A stretch of 64,000 bases of DNA from the human T2T-CHM13v2.0 reference genome, Homo sapiens. Positions 27,185 through 40,300 of this stretch are shown here, in pieces. How positions within the stretch are numbered: position 1 is the stretch's first letter; each line of letters starts with the position of its first letter. The position numbers were made by a program, and so were the translations under genes. Where the stretch lies: the NCBI RefSeq assembly GCF_009914755.1, contig NC_060940.1; one strand, given 5' to 3'. The notes beneath the pieces were generated by a model. The model was not told where the DNA came from. It ran no database searches and saw only the letters and a list, made by a program, of their open reading frames with translations.

Positions 27185-30100
27185 CTTTTCTTTTCATTCA
27201 GCAGTTTGGAAACACTCTGTTTGGAAAGTCTGCACGTGGATATTTTGACCTCTTTGAGGCCTTCGTTGGAAACGGGTTTTTTTCATGTAAGGCTAGACAG
27301 AAGAAATCTCAGTAACTTCCTTGTGTTGTGTGTATTCAACTGACAGAGTTGAACCTTCCTTTAGACAGAGCAGATTCGAAACACTCTTTTTCTGCAATTT
27401 GCAAGTGGAGACTTCAAGCGCTTTGAGGCCAAAGGCAGAAAAGGAAATATCTTCGTATAAAAACCCGACAGAATCATTCTCAGAAACTGCTCTGTGATGT
27501 GTGCGTTCAACTCACAGAGTTTAACTTTTCTTTTCATTCAGCAGTTTGGAAACACTCTGTTTGTAAAGTCTGCAAGTGGATATCTTGGCCTCTTAGAGGC
27601 CTTCGTTGGAAACGGGTTTTTTCATGTAAGGATAGACAGAGGAATTCCCAGTAACTTCCTTGTGTTGTGTGCATTCAACTCACAGAGTTGAATGATTCTT
27701 TACACAGAGCAGATTTGAGACACTCTTTTGGTGGAATTTGTAAGTGGAGAATTCAGCCGCTTTGAGGTCAACGGTAGAAAAGGAAATATCTTCGTATAAA
27801 AACTAGACAGAATGATTCTCAGAAACTGTTTTGTGATGTGTGCGTTCAACTCACAGAGTTTAACCTTTCTTTTCAAAGAGCAGTTAGGAAACACTCTGTT
27901 TGTAAAGTCTGCAAGTGGATATTCAGACCTCTTTGAGGCCTTCGTTGGAAACGGGATTTCTTCATATTATGCTAGACAGATGAATTCTCAGTAACTTCCT
28001 TGTGTTGTGTGTATTCAACTCACAGAGTTGAACGATCCTTTACACAGAGCAGATTTGAAACACTGTTTTTCTGGAATTTGCAAGTGGAGATTTCAGCCGC
28101 TTTGAGGTCAATGGTAGAAAAGGAAATATCTTCGTATAAAAACTAGACAGAATGATTCTCAGAAACTCCTTTGTGATGTGTGCGTTCAACTCACAGAGTT
28201 TAACCTTTCTTTTCACAGAGCAGTTAGGAAACACTCTGTTTGTGAAGCCTGCCAGTGGATATTCGGACCTCTTTGAGGCCTTCGTTGGAAACGGGATTTC
28301 TTCATATTATGCTAGACAGAAGATTTCTCAGTAACTTCTTTGTGTTGTGTGTATGCAACTCACAGAGTTCAACCTTCCTTTAGACAGAGCAGATTTGAAA
28401 CACTCTTTTTGTGGAATTTGCAAGTGGAGATTTCAAGCGCTTCGATGCCAATGGTAGAAAAGGAAATATCTTCGTATAAAAACAAGACAAACTCGTTCCC
28501 AGACACTGCGTAGTGATGTGTGTGTTTAACTCACAGAGTTTAACCTTTCTTTTCATACAGCATTCTGGAAACCCTGTGTTTGTAAAGTCTGCAAGTGGAT
28601 ATTTGGACCTCTTAGATGCCTTCGTTGGAAACGGGATTTCTTCATATAATGCTAGAGGGAAGAATTCTTAGTAACTTCTTTGTGTTGTGTGTATTCAACT
28701 GACAGAGTTGAACCTTCCTTTAGACAGAGCAGATTTGAAAGTCTCTTTCTGTGGAATTTGCAAGTGGAGATTTCAAGCGCTTTGAGGCCAAAAGCAGAAA
28801 AGGAAATATTTTCCTATAAAAACTCGACAGAATCTTTCTCAGAAACTGCTCTGGGATGTGTGCGTTCAACTCACAGAGTTTAACTTTTCTTTTCATTCAG
28901 CAGTTTGGAAACACTCTGTTTGGAAAGTCTGCACGTGGATATTTTGACCTCTTTGAGGCCTTCGTTGGAAACGGGTTTTTTTCATGTAAGGCTAGACAGA
29001 AGAAATCTCAGTAACTTCCTTGTGTTGTGTGTATTCAACTGACAGAGTTGAACCTTCCTTTAGACAGAGCAGATTCGAAACACTCTTTTTCTGCAATTTG
29101 CAAGTGGAGACTTCAAGCGCTTTGAGGCCAAAGGCAGAAAAGGAAATATCTTCGTATAAAAACCCGACAGAATCATTCTCAGAAACTGCTCTGTGATGTG
29201 TGCGTTCAACTCACAGAGTTTAACTTTTCTTTTCATTCAGCAGTTTGGAAACACTCTGTTTGTAAAGTCTGCAAGTGGATATCTTGGCCTCTTAGAGGCC
29301 TTCGTTGGAAACGGGTTTTATCATGTAAGGTTAGACAGAGGAATTCCCAGTAACTTCCTTGTGTTGTGTGCATTCAACTCACAGAGTTGAATGATTCTTT
29401 ACACAGAGCAGATTTGAGACACTCTTTTGGTGGAATTTGTAAGTGGAGAATTCAGCCGCTTTGATGTCAACGGTAGAAAAGGAAATATCTTCGTATAAAA
29501 ACTAGACAGAATGATTCTCAGAAACTGTTTTGTGATGTGTGCTTTCAACTCACAGAGTTTAACCTTTCTTTTCAAAGAGCAGTTAGGAAACACTCTGTTT
29601 GTAAAGTCTGCAAGTGGATATTCAGACCTCTTTGAGGCCTTCGTTGGAAACGGGATTTCTTCATATTATGCTAGACAGATGAATTCTCAGTAACTTCCTT
29701 GTGTTGTGTGTATTCAACTCACAGAGTTGAACGATCCTTTACACAGAGCAGATTTGAAACACTGTTTTTCTGGAATTTGCAAGTGGAGATTTCAGCCGCT
29801 TTGAGGTCAATGGTAGAAAAGGAAATATCTTCGTATAAAAACTAGACAGAATGATTCTCAGAAACTCCTTTGTGATGTGTGCGTTCAACTCACAGAGTTT
29901 AACCTTTCTTTTCACAGAGCAGTTAGGAAACACTCTGTTTGTGAAGCCTGCCAGTGGATATTCGGACCTCTTTGAGGCCTTCGTTGGAAACGGGATTTCT
30001 TCATATTATGCTAGACAGAAGATTTCTCAGTAACTTCTTTGTGTTGTGTGTATGCAACTCACAGAGTTCAACCTTCCTTTAGACAGAGCAGATTTGAAAC

Positions 30101-33100
30101 ACTCTTTTTGTGGAATTTGCAAGTGGAGATTTCAAGCGCTTCGATGCCAATGGTAGAAAAGGAAATATCTTCGTATAAAAACAAGACAAACTCGTTCCCA
30201 GACACTGCGTAGTGATGTGTGTGTTTAACTCACAGAGTTTAACCTTTCTTTTCATACAGCATTCTGGAAACCCTGTGTTTGTAAAGTCTGCAAGTGGATA
30301 TTTGGACCTCTTAGATGCCTTCGTTGGAAACGGGATTTCTTCATATAATGCTAGAGGGAAGAATTCTTAGTAACTTCTTTGTGTTGTGTGTATTCAACTG
30401 ACAGAGTTGAACCTTCCTTTAGACAGAGCAGATTTGAAAGTCTCTTTTTGTGGAATTTACAAGTGGAGATTTCAAGCGCTTTGAGGCCAAAAGCAGAAAA
30501 GGAAATATTTTCCTATAAAAACTCGACAGAATCTTTCTCAGAAACTGCTCTGGGATGTGTGCGTTCAACTCACAGAGTTTAACTTTTCTTTTCATTCAGC
30601 AGTTTGGAAACACTCTGTTTGGAAAGTCTGCACGTGGATATTTTGACCTCTTTGAGGCCTTCGTTGGAAACGGGTTTTTTTCATGTAAGGCTAGACAGAA
30701 GAAATCTCAGTAACTTCCTTGTGTTGTGTGTATTCAACTGACAGAGTTGAACCTTCCTTTAGACAGAGCAGATTCGAAACACTCTTTTTCTGCAATTTGC
30801 AAGTGGAGACTTCAAGCGCTTTGAGGCCAAAGGCAGAAAAGGAAACATCTTCGTATAAAAACCCGACAGAATCATTCTCAGAAACTGCTCTGTGATGTGT
30901 GCGTTCAACTCACAGAGTTTAACTTTTCTTTTCATTCAGCAGTTTGGAAACACTCTGTTTGTAAAGTCTGCAAGTGGATATCTTGGCCTCTTAGAGGCCT
31001 TCGTTGGAAGCGGGTTTTTTCATGTAAGGATAGACAGAGGAATTCCCAGTAACTTCCTTGTGTTGTGTGCATTCAACTCACAGAGTTGAATGATTCTTTA
31101 CACAGAGCAGATTTGAGACACTCTTTTGGTGGAATTTGTAAGTGGAGAATTCAGCCGCTTTGAGGTCAACGGTAGAAAAGGAAATATCTTCGTATAAAAA
31201 CTAGACAGAATGATTCTCAGAAACTGTTTTGTGATGTGTGCGTTCAACTCACAGAGTTTAACCTTTCTTTTCAAAGAGCAGTTAGGAAACACTCTGTTTG
31301 TAAAGTCTGCAAGTGGATATTCAGACCTCTTTGAGGCCTTCGTTGGAAACGGGATTTCTTCATATTATGCTAGACAGATGAATTCTCAGTAACTTCCTTG
31401 TGTTGTGTGTATTCAACTCACAGAGTTAAACGATCCTTTACACAGAGCAGATTTGAAACACTGTTTTTCTGGAATTTGCAAGTGGAGATTTCAGCCGCTT
31501 TGAGGTCAATGGTAGAAAAGGAAATATCTTCGTATAAAAACTAGACAGAATGATTCTCAGAAACTCCTTTGTGATGTGTGCGTTCAACTCACAGAGTTTA
31601 ACCTTTCTTTTCACAGAGCAGTTAGGAAACACTCTGTTTGTGAAGCCTGCCAGTGGATATTCGGACCTCTTTGAGGCCTTCGTTGGAAACGGGATTTCTT
31701 CATATTATGCTAGACAGAAGATTTCTCAGTAACTTCTTTGTGTTGTGTGTATGCAACTCACAGAGTTCAACCTTCCTTTAGACAGAGCAGATTTGAAACA
31801 CTCTTTTTGTGGAATTTGCAAGTGGAGATTTCAAGCGCTTCGATGCCAATGGTAGAAAAGGAAATATCTTCGTATAAAAACAAGACAAACTCGTTCCCAG
31901 ACACTGCGTAGTGATGTGTGTGTTTAACTCACAGAGTTTAACCTTTCTTTTCATACAGCATTCTGGAAACCCTGTGTTTGTAAAGTCTGCAAGTGGATAT
32001 TTGGACCTCTTAGATGCCTTCGTTGGAAACGGGATTTCTTCATATAATGCTAGAGGGAAGAATTCTTAGTAACTTCTTTGTGTTGTGTGTATTCAACTGA
32101 CAGAGTTGAACCTTCCTTTAGACAGAGCAGATTTGAAAGTCTCTTTTTGTGGAATTTGCAAGTGGAGATTTCAAGCGCTTTGAGGCCAAAAGCAGAAAAG
32201 GAAATATTTTCCTATAAAAACTCGACAGAATCTTTCTCAGAAACTGCTCTGGGATGTGTGCGTTCAACTCACAGAGTTTAACTTTTCTTTTCATTCAGCA
32301 GTTTGGAAACACTCTGTTTGGAAAGTCTGCACGTGGATATTTTGACCTCTTTGAGGCCTTCGTTGGAAACGGGTTTTTTTCATGTAAGGCTAGACAGAAG
32401 AAATCTCAGTAACTTCCTTGTGTTGTGTGTATTCAACTGACAGAGTTGAACCTTCCTTTAGACAGAGCAGATTCGAAACACTCTTTTTCTGCAATTTGCA
32501 AGTGGAGACTTCAAGCGCTTTGAGGCCAAAGGCAGAAAAGGAAATATCTTCGTATAAAAACCCGACAGAATCATTCTCAGAAACTGCTCTGTGATGTGTG
32601 CGTTCAACTCACAGAGTTTAACTTTTCTTTTCATTCAGCAGTTTGGAAACACTCTGTTTGTAAAGTCTGCAAGTGGATATCTTGGCCTCTTAGAGGCCTT
32701 CGTTGGAAGCGGGTTTTTTCATGTAAGGATAGACAGAGGAATTCCCAGTAACTTCCTTGTGTTGTGTGCATTCAACTCACAGAGTTGAATGATTCTTTAC
32801 ACAGAGCAGATTTGAGACACTCTTTTGGTGGAATTTGTAAGTGGAGAATTCAGCCGCTTTGAGGTCAACGGTAGAAAAGGAAATATCTTCGTATAAAAAC
32901 TAGACAGAATGATTCTCAGAAACTGTTTTGTGATGTGTGCGTTCAACTCACAGAGTTTAACCTTTCTTTTCAAAGAGCAGTTAGGAAACACTCTGTTTGT
33001 AAAGTCTGCAAGTGGATATTCAGACCTCTTTGAGGCCTTCGTTGGAAACGGGATTTCTTCATATTATGCTAGACAGATGAATTCTCAGTAACTTCCTTGT

Positions 33101-36100
33101 GTTGTGTGTATTCAACTCACAGAGTTGAACGATCCTTTACACAGAGCAGATTTGAAACACTGTTTTTCTGGAATTTGCAAGTGGAGATTTCAGCCGCTTT
33201 GAGGTCAATGGTAGAAAAGGAAATATCTTCGTATAAAAACTAGACAGAATGATTCTCAGAAACTCCTTTGTGATGTGTGCGTTCAACTCACAGAGTTTAA
33301 CCTTTCTTTTCACAGAGCAGTTAGGAAACACTCTGTTTGTGAAGCCTGCCAGTGGATATTCGGACCTCTTTGAGGCCTTCGTTGGAAACGGGATTTCTTC
33401 ATATTATGCTAGACAGAAGATTTCTCAGTAACTTCTTTGTGTTGTGTGTATGCAACTCACAGAGTTCAACCTTCCTTTAGACAGAGCAGATTTGAAACAC
33501 TCTTTTTGTGGAATTTGCAAGTGGAGATTTCAAGCGCTTCGATGCCAATGGTAGAAAAGGAAATATCTTCGTATAAAAACAAGACAAACTCGTTCCCAGA
33601 CACTGCGTAGTGATGTGTGTGTTTAACTCACAGAGTTTAACCTTTCTTTTCATACAGCATTCTGGAAACCCTGTGTTTGTAAAGTCTGCAAGTGGATATT
33701 TGGACCTCTTAGATGCCTTCGTTGGAAACGGGATTTCTTCATATAATGCTAGAGGGAAGAATTCTTAGTAACTTCTTTGTGTTGTGTGTATTCAACTGAC
33801 AGAGTTGAACCTTCCTTTAGACAGAGCAGATTTGAAAGTCTCTTTTTGTGGAATTTGCAAGTGGAGATTTCAAGCGCTTTGAGGCCAAAAGCAGAAAAGG
33901 AAATATTTTCCTATAAAAACTCGACAGAATCTTTCTCAGAAACTGCTCTGGGATGTGTGCGTTCAACTCACAGAGTTTAACTTTTCTTTTCATTCAGCAG
34001 TTTGGAAACACTCTGTTTGGAAAGTCTGCACGTGGATATTTTGACCTCTTTGAGGCCTTCGTTGGAAACGGGTTTTTTTCATGTAAGGCTAGACAGAAGA
34101 AATCTCAGTAACTTCCTTGTGTTGTGTGTATTCAACTGACAGAGTTGAACCTTCCTTTAGACAGAGCAGATTCGAAACACTCTTTTTCTGCAATTTGCAA
34201 GTGGAGACTTCAAGCGCTTTGAGGCCAAAGGCAGAAAAGGAAATATCTTCGTATAAAAACCCGACAGAATCATTCTCAGAAACTGCTCTGTGATGTGTGC
34301 GTTCAACTCACAGAGTTTAACTTTTCTTTTCATTCAGCAGTTTGGAAACACTCTGTTTGTAAAGTCTGCAAGTGGATATCTTGGCCTCTTAGAGGCCTTC
34401 GTTGGAAACGGGTTTTTTCATGTAAGGATAGACAGAGGAATTCCCAGTAACTTCCTTGTGTTGTGTGCATTCAACTCACAGAGTTGAATGATTCTTTACA
34501 CAGAGCAGATTTGAGACACTCTTTTGGTGGAATTTGTAAGTGGAGAATTCAGCCGCTTTGAGGTCAACGGTAGAAAAGGAAATATCTTCGTATAAAAACT
34601 AGACAGAATGATTCCCAGAAACTGTTTTGTGATGTGTGCGTTCAACTCACAGAGTTTAACCTTTCTTTTCAAAGAGCAGTTAGGAAACACTCTGTTTGTA
34701 AAGTCTGCAAGTGGATATTCAGACCTCTTTGAGGCCTTCGTTGGAAACGGGATTTCTTCATATTATGCTAGACAGATGAATTCTCAGTAACTTCCTTGTG
34801 TTGTGTGTATTCAACTCACAGAGTTGAACGATCCTTTACACAGAGCAGATTTGAAACACTGTTTTTCTGGAATTTGCAAGTGGAGATTTCAGCCGCTTTG
34901 AGGTCAATGGTAGAAAAGGAAATATCTTCGTATAAAAACTAGACAGAATGATTCTCAGAAACTCCTTTGTGATGTGTGCGTTCAACTCACAGAGTTTAAC
35001 CTTTCTTTTCACAGAGCAGTTAGGAAACACTCTGTTTGTGAAGCCTGCCAGTGGATATTCGGACCTCTTTGAGGCCTTCGTTGGAAACGGGATTTCTTCA
35101 TATTATGCTAGACAGAAGATTTCTCAGTAACTTCTTTGTGTTGTGTGTATGCAACTCACAGAGTTCAACCTTCCTTTAGACAGAGCAGATTTGAAACACT
35201 CTTTTTGTGGAATTTGCAAGTGGAGATTTCAAGCGCTTCGATGCCAATGGTAGAAAAGGAAATATCTTCGTATAAAAACAAGACAAACTCGTTCCCAGAC
35301 ACTGCGTAGTGATGTGTGTGTTTAACTCACAGAGTTTAACCTTTCTTTTCATACAGCATTCTGGAAACCCTGTGTTTGTAAAGTCTGCAAGTGGATATTT
35401 GGACCTCTTAGATGCCTTCGTTGGAAACGGGATTTCTTCATATAATGCTAGAGGGAAGAATTCTTAGTAACTTCTTTGTGTTGTGTGTATTCAACTGACA
35501 GAGTTGAACCTTCCTTTAGACAGAGCAGATTTGAAAGTCTCTTTTTGTGGAATTTACAAGTGGAGATTTCAAGCGCTTTGAGGCCAAAAGCAGAAAAGGA
35601 AATATTTTCCTATAAAAACTCGACAGAATCTTTCTCAGAAACTGCTCTGGGATGTGTGCGTTCAACTCACAGAGTTTAACTTTTCTTTTCATTCAGCAGT
35701 TTGGAAACAATCTGTTTGGAAAGTATGCACGTGGATATTTTGACCTCTTTGAGGCCTTCGTTGGAAACGGGTTTTTTTCATGTAAGGCTAGACAGAAGAA
35801 ATCTCAGTAACTTCCTTGTGTTGTGTGTATTCAACTGACAGAGTTGAACCTTCCTTTAGACAGAGCAGATTCGAAACACTCTTTTTCTGCAATTTGCAAG
35901 TGGAGACTTCAAGCGCTTTGAGGCCAAAGGCAGAAAAGGAAATATCTTCGTATAAAAACCCGACAGAATCATTCTCAGAAACTGCTCTGTGATGTGTGCG
36001 TTCAACTCACAGAGTTTAACTTTTCTTTTCATTCAGCAGTTTGGAAACACTCTGTTTGTAAAGTCTGCAAGTGGATATCTTGGCCTCTTAGAGGCCTTCG

Positions 36101-37378
36101 TTGGAAGCGGGTTTTTTCATGTAAGGATAGACAGAGGAATTCCCAGTAACTTCCTTGTGTTGTGTGCATTCAACTCACAGAGTTGAATGATTCTTTACAC
36201 AGAGCAGATTTGAGACACTCTTTTGGTGGAATTTGTAAGTGGAGAATTCAGCCGCTTTGAGGTCAACGGTAGAAAAGGAAATATCTTCGTATAAAAACTA
36301 GACAGAATGATTCTCAGAAACTGTTTTGTGATGTGTGCGTTCAACTCACAGAGTTTAACCTTTCTTTTCAAAGAGCAGTTAGGAAACACTCTGTTTGTAA
36401 AGTCTGCAAGTGGATATTCAGACCTCTTTGAGGCCTTCGTTGGAAACGGGATTTCTTCATATTATGCTAGACAGATGAATTCTCAGTAACTTCCTTGTGT
36501 TGTGTGTATTCAACTCACAGAGTTAAACGATCCTTTACACAGAGCAGATTTGAAACACTGTTTTTCTGGAATTTGCAAGTGGAGATTTCAGCCGCTTTGA
36601 GGTCAATGGTAGAAAAGGAAATATCTTCGTATAAAAACTAGACAGAATGATTCTCAGAAACTCCTTTGTGATGTGTGCGTTCAACTCACAGAGTTTAACC
36701 TTTCTTTTCACAGAGCAGTTAGGAAACACTCTGTTTGTGAAGCCTGCCAGTGGATATTCGGACCTCTTTGAGGCCTTCGTTGGAAACGGGATTTCTTCAT
36801 ATTATGCTAGACAGAAGATTTCTCAGTAACTTCTTTGTGTTGTGTGTATGCAACTCACAGAGTTCAACCTTCCTTTAGACAGAGCAGATTTGAAACACTC
36901 TTTTTGTGGAATTTGCAAGTGGAGATTTCAAGCGCTTCGATGCCAATGGTAGAAAAGGAAATATCTTCGTATAAAAACAAGACAAACTCGTTCCCAGACA
37001 CTGCGTAGTGATGTGTGTGTTTAACTCACAGAGTTTAACCTTTCTTTTCATACAGCATTCTGGAAACCCTGTGTTTGTAAAGTCTGCAAGTGGATATTTG
37101 GACCTCTTAGATGCCTTCGTTGGAAACGGGATTTCTTCATATAATGCTAGAGGGAAGAATTCTTAGTAACTTCTTTGTGTTGTGTGTATTCAACTGACAG
37201 AGTTGAACCTTCCTTTAGACAGAGCAGATTTGAAAGTCTCTTTTTGTGGAATTTGCAAGTGGAGATTTCAAGCGCTTTGAGGCCAAAAGCAGAAAAGGAA
37301 ATATTTTCCTATAAAAACTCGACAGAATCTTTCTCAGAAACTGCTCTGGGATGTGTGCGTTCAACTCACAGAGTTTAA
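27185..37378 (+). repeat. 6-HOR super-repeat, copy 1 (U17-U22, 10,194 bp)
   Basis: Rare variants at 28749, 29465, 29543, 30459, 30846, 31428, 34615, 35556, 35710, 35725 and 36525 all recur exactly 10,194 bp downstream. Boundaries are approximate. Confidence 0.92.
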
Positions 37379-40300
37379 CTTTTCTTTTCATTCAGCAGTT
37401 TGGAAACACTCTGTTTGGAAAGTCTGCACGTGGATATTTTGACCTCTTTGAGGCCTTCGTTGGAAACGGGTTTTTTTCATGTAAGGCTAGACAGAAGAAA
37501 TCTCAGTAACTTCCTTGTGTTGTGTGTATTCAACTGACAGAGTTGAACCTTCCTTTAGACAGAGCAGATTCGAAACACTCTTTTTCTGCAATTTGCAAGT
37601 GGAGACTTCAAGCGCTTTGAGGCCAAAGGCAGAAAAGGAAATATCTTCGTATAAAAACCCGACAGAATCATTCTCAGAAACTGCTCTGTGATGTGTGCGT
37701 TCAACTCACAGAGTTTAACTTTTCTTTTCATTCAGCAGTTTGGAAACACTCTGTTTGTAAAGTCTGCAAGTGGATATCTTGGCCTCTTAGAGGCCTTCGT
37801 TGGAAACGGGTTTTTTCATGTAAGGATAGACAGAGGAATTCCCAGTAACTTCCTTGTGTTGTGTGCATTCAACTCACAGAGTTGAATGATTCTTTACACA
37901 GAGCAGATTTGAGACACTCTTTTGGTGGAATTTGTAAGTGGAGAATTCAGCCGCTTTGAGGTCAACGGTAGAAAAGGAAATATCTTCGTATAAAAACTAG
38001 ACAGAATGATTCTCAGAAACTGTTTTGTGATGTGTGCGTTCAACTCACAGAGTTTAACCTTTCTTTTCAAAGAGCAGTTAGGAAACACTCTGTTTGTAAA
38101 GTCTGCAAGTGGATATTCAGACCTCTTTGAGGCCTTCGTTGGAAACGGGATTTCTTCATATTATGCTAGACAGATGAATTCTCAGTAACTTCCTTGTGTT
38201 GTGTGTATTCAACTCACAGAGTTGAACGATCCTTTACACAGAGCAGATTTGAAACACTGTTTTTCTGGAATTTGCAAGTGGAGATTTCAGCCGCTTTGAG
38301 GTCAATGGTAGAAAAGGAAATATCTTCGTATAAAAACTAGACAGAATGATTCTCAGAAACTCCTTTGTGATGTGTGCGTTCAACTCACAGAGTTTAACCT
38401 TTCTTTTCACAGAGCAGTTAGGAAACACTCTGTTTGTGAAGCCTGCCAGTGGATATTCGGACCTCTTTGAGGCCTTCGTTGGAAACGGGATTTCTTCATA
38501 TTATGCTAGACAGAAGATTTCTCAGTAACTTCTTTGTGTTGTGTGTATGCAACTCACAGAGTTCAACCTTCCTTTAGACAGAGCAGATTTGAAACACTCT
38601 TTTTGTGGAATTTGCAAGTGGAGATTTCAAGCGCTTCGATGCCAATGGTAGAAAAGGAAATATCTTCGTATAAAAACAAGACAAACTCGTTCCCAGACAC
38701 TGCGTAGTGATGTGTGTGTTTAACTCACAGAGTTTAACCTTTCTTTTCATACAGCATTCTGGAAACCCTGTGTTTGTAAAGTCTGCAAGTGGATATTTGG
38801 ACCTCTTAGATGCCTTCGTTGGAAACGGGATTTCTTCATATAATGCTAGAGGGAAGAATTCTTAGTAACTTCTTTGTGTTGTGTGTATTCAACTGACAGA
38901 GTTGAACCTTCCTTTAGACAGAGCAGATTTGAAAGTCTCTTTCTGTGGAATTTGCAAGTGGAGATTTCAAGCGCTTTGAGGCCAAAAGCAGAAAAGGAAA
39001 TATTTTCCTATAAAAACTCGACAGAATCTTTCTCAGAAACTGCTCTGGGATGTGTGCGTTCAACTCACAGAGTTTAACTTTTCTTTTCATTCAGCAGTTT
39101 GGAAACACTCTGTTTGGAAAGTCTGCACGTGGATATTTTGACCTCTTTGAGGCCTTCGTTGGAAACGGGTTTTTTTCATGTAAGGCTAGACAGAAGAAAT
39201 CTCAGTAACTTCCTTGTGTTGTGTGTATTCAACTGACAGAGTTGAACCTTCCTTTAGACAGAGCAGATTCGAAACACTCTTTTTCTGCAATTTGCAAGTG
39301 GAGACTTCAAGCGCTTTGAGGCCAAAGGCAGAAAAGGAAATATCTTCGTATAAAAACCCGACAGAATCATTCTCAGAAACTGCTCTGTGATGTGTGCGTT
39401 CAACTCACAGAGTTTAACTTTTCTTTTCATTCAGCAGTTTGGAAACACTCTGTTTGTAAAGTCTGCAAGTGGATATCTTGGCCTCTTAGAGGCCTTCGTT
39501 GGAAACGGGTTTTATCATGTAAGGTTAGACAGAGGAATTCCCAGTAACTTCCTTGTGTTGTGTGCATTCAACTCACAGAGTTGAATGATTCTTTACACAG
39601 AGCAGATTTGAGACACTCTTTTGGTGGAATTTGTAAGTGGAGAATTCAGCCGCTTTGATGTCAACGGTAGAAAAGGAAATATCTTCGTATAAAAACTAGA
39701 CAGAATGATTCTCAGAAACTGTTTTGTGATGTGTGCTTTCAACTCACAGAGTTTAACCTTTCTTTTCAAAGAGCAGTTAGGAAACACTCTGTTTGTAAAG
39801 TCTGCAAGTGGATATTCAGACCTCTTTGAGGCCTTCGTTGGAAACGGGATTTCTTCATATTATGCTAGACAGATGAATTCTCAGTAACTTCCTTGTGTTG
39901 TGTGTATTCAACTCACAGAGTTGAACGATCCTTTACACAGAGCAGATTTGAAACACTGTTTTTCTGGAATTTGCAAGTGGAGATTTCAGCCGCTTTGAGG
40001 TCAATGGTAGAAAAGGAAATATCTTCGTATAAAAACTAGACAGAATGATTCTCAGAAACTCCTTTGTGATGTGTGCGTTCAACTCACAGAGTTTAACCTT
40101 TCTTTTCACAGAGCAGTTAGGAAACACTCTGTTTGTGAAGCCTGCCAGTGGATATTCGGACCTCTTTGAGGCCTTCGTTGGAAACGGGATTTCTTCATAT
40201 TATGCTAGACAGAAGATTTCTCAGTAACTTCTTTGTGTTGTGTGTATGCAACTCACAGAGTTCAACCTTCCTTTAGACAGAGCAGATTTGAAACACTCTT

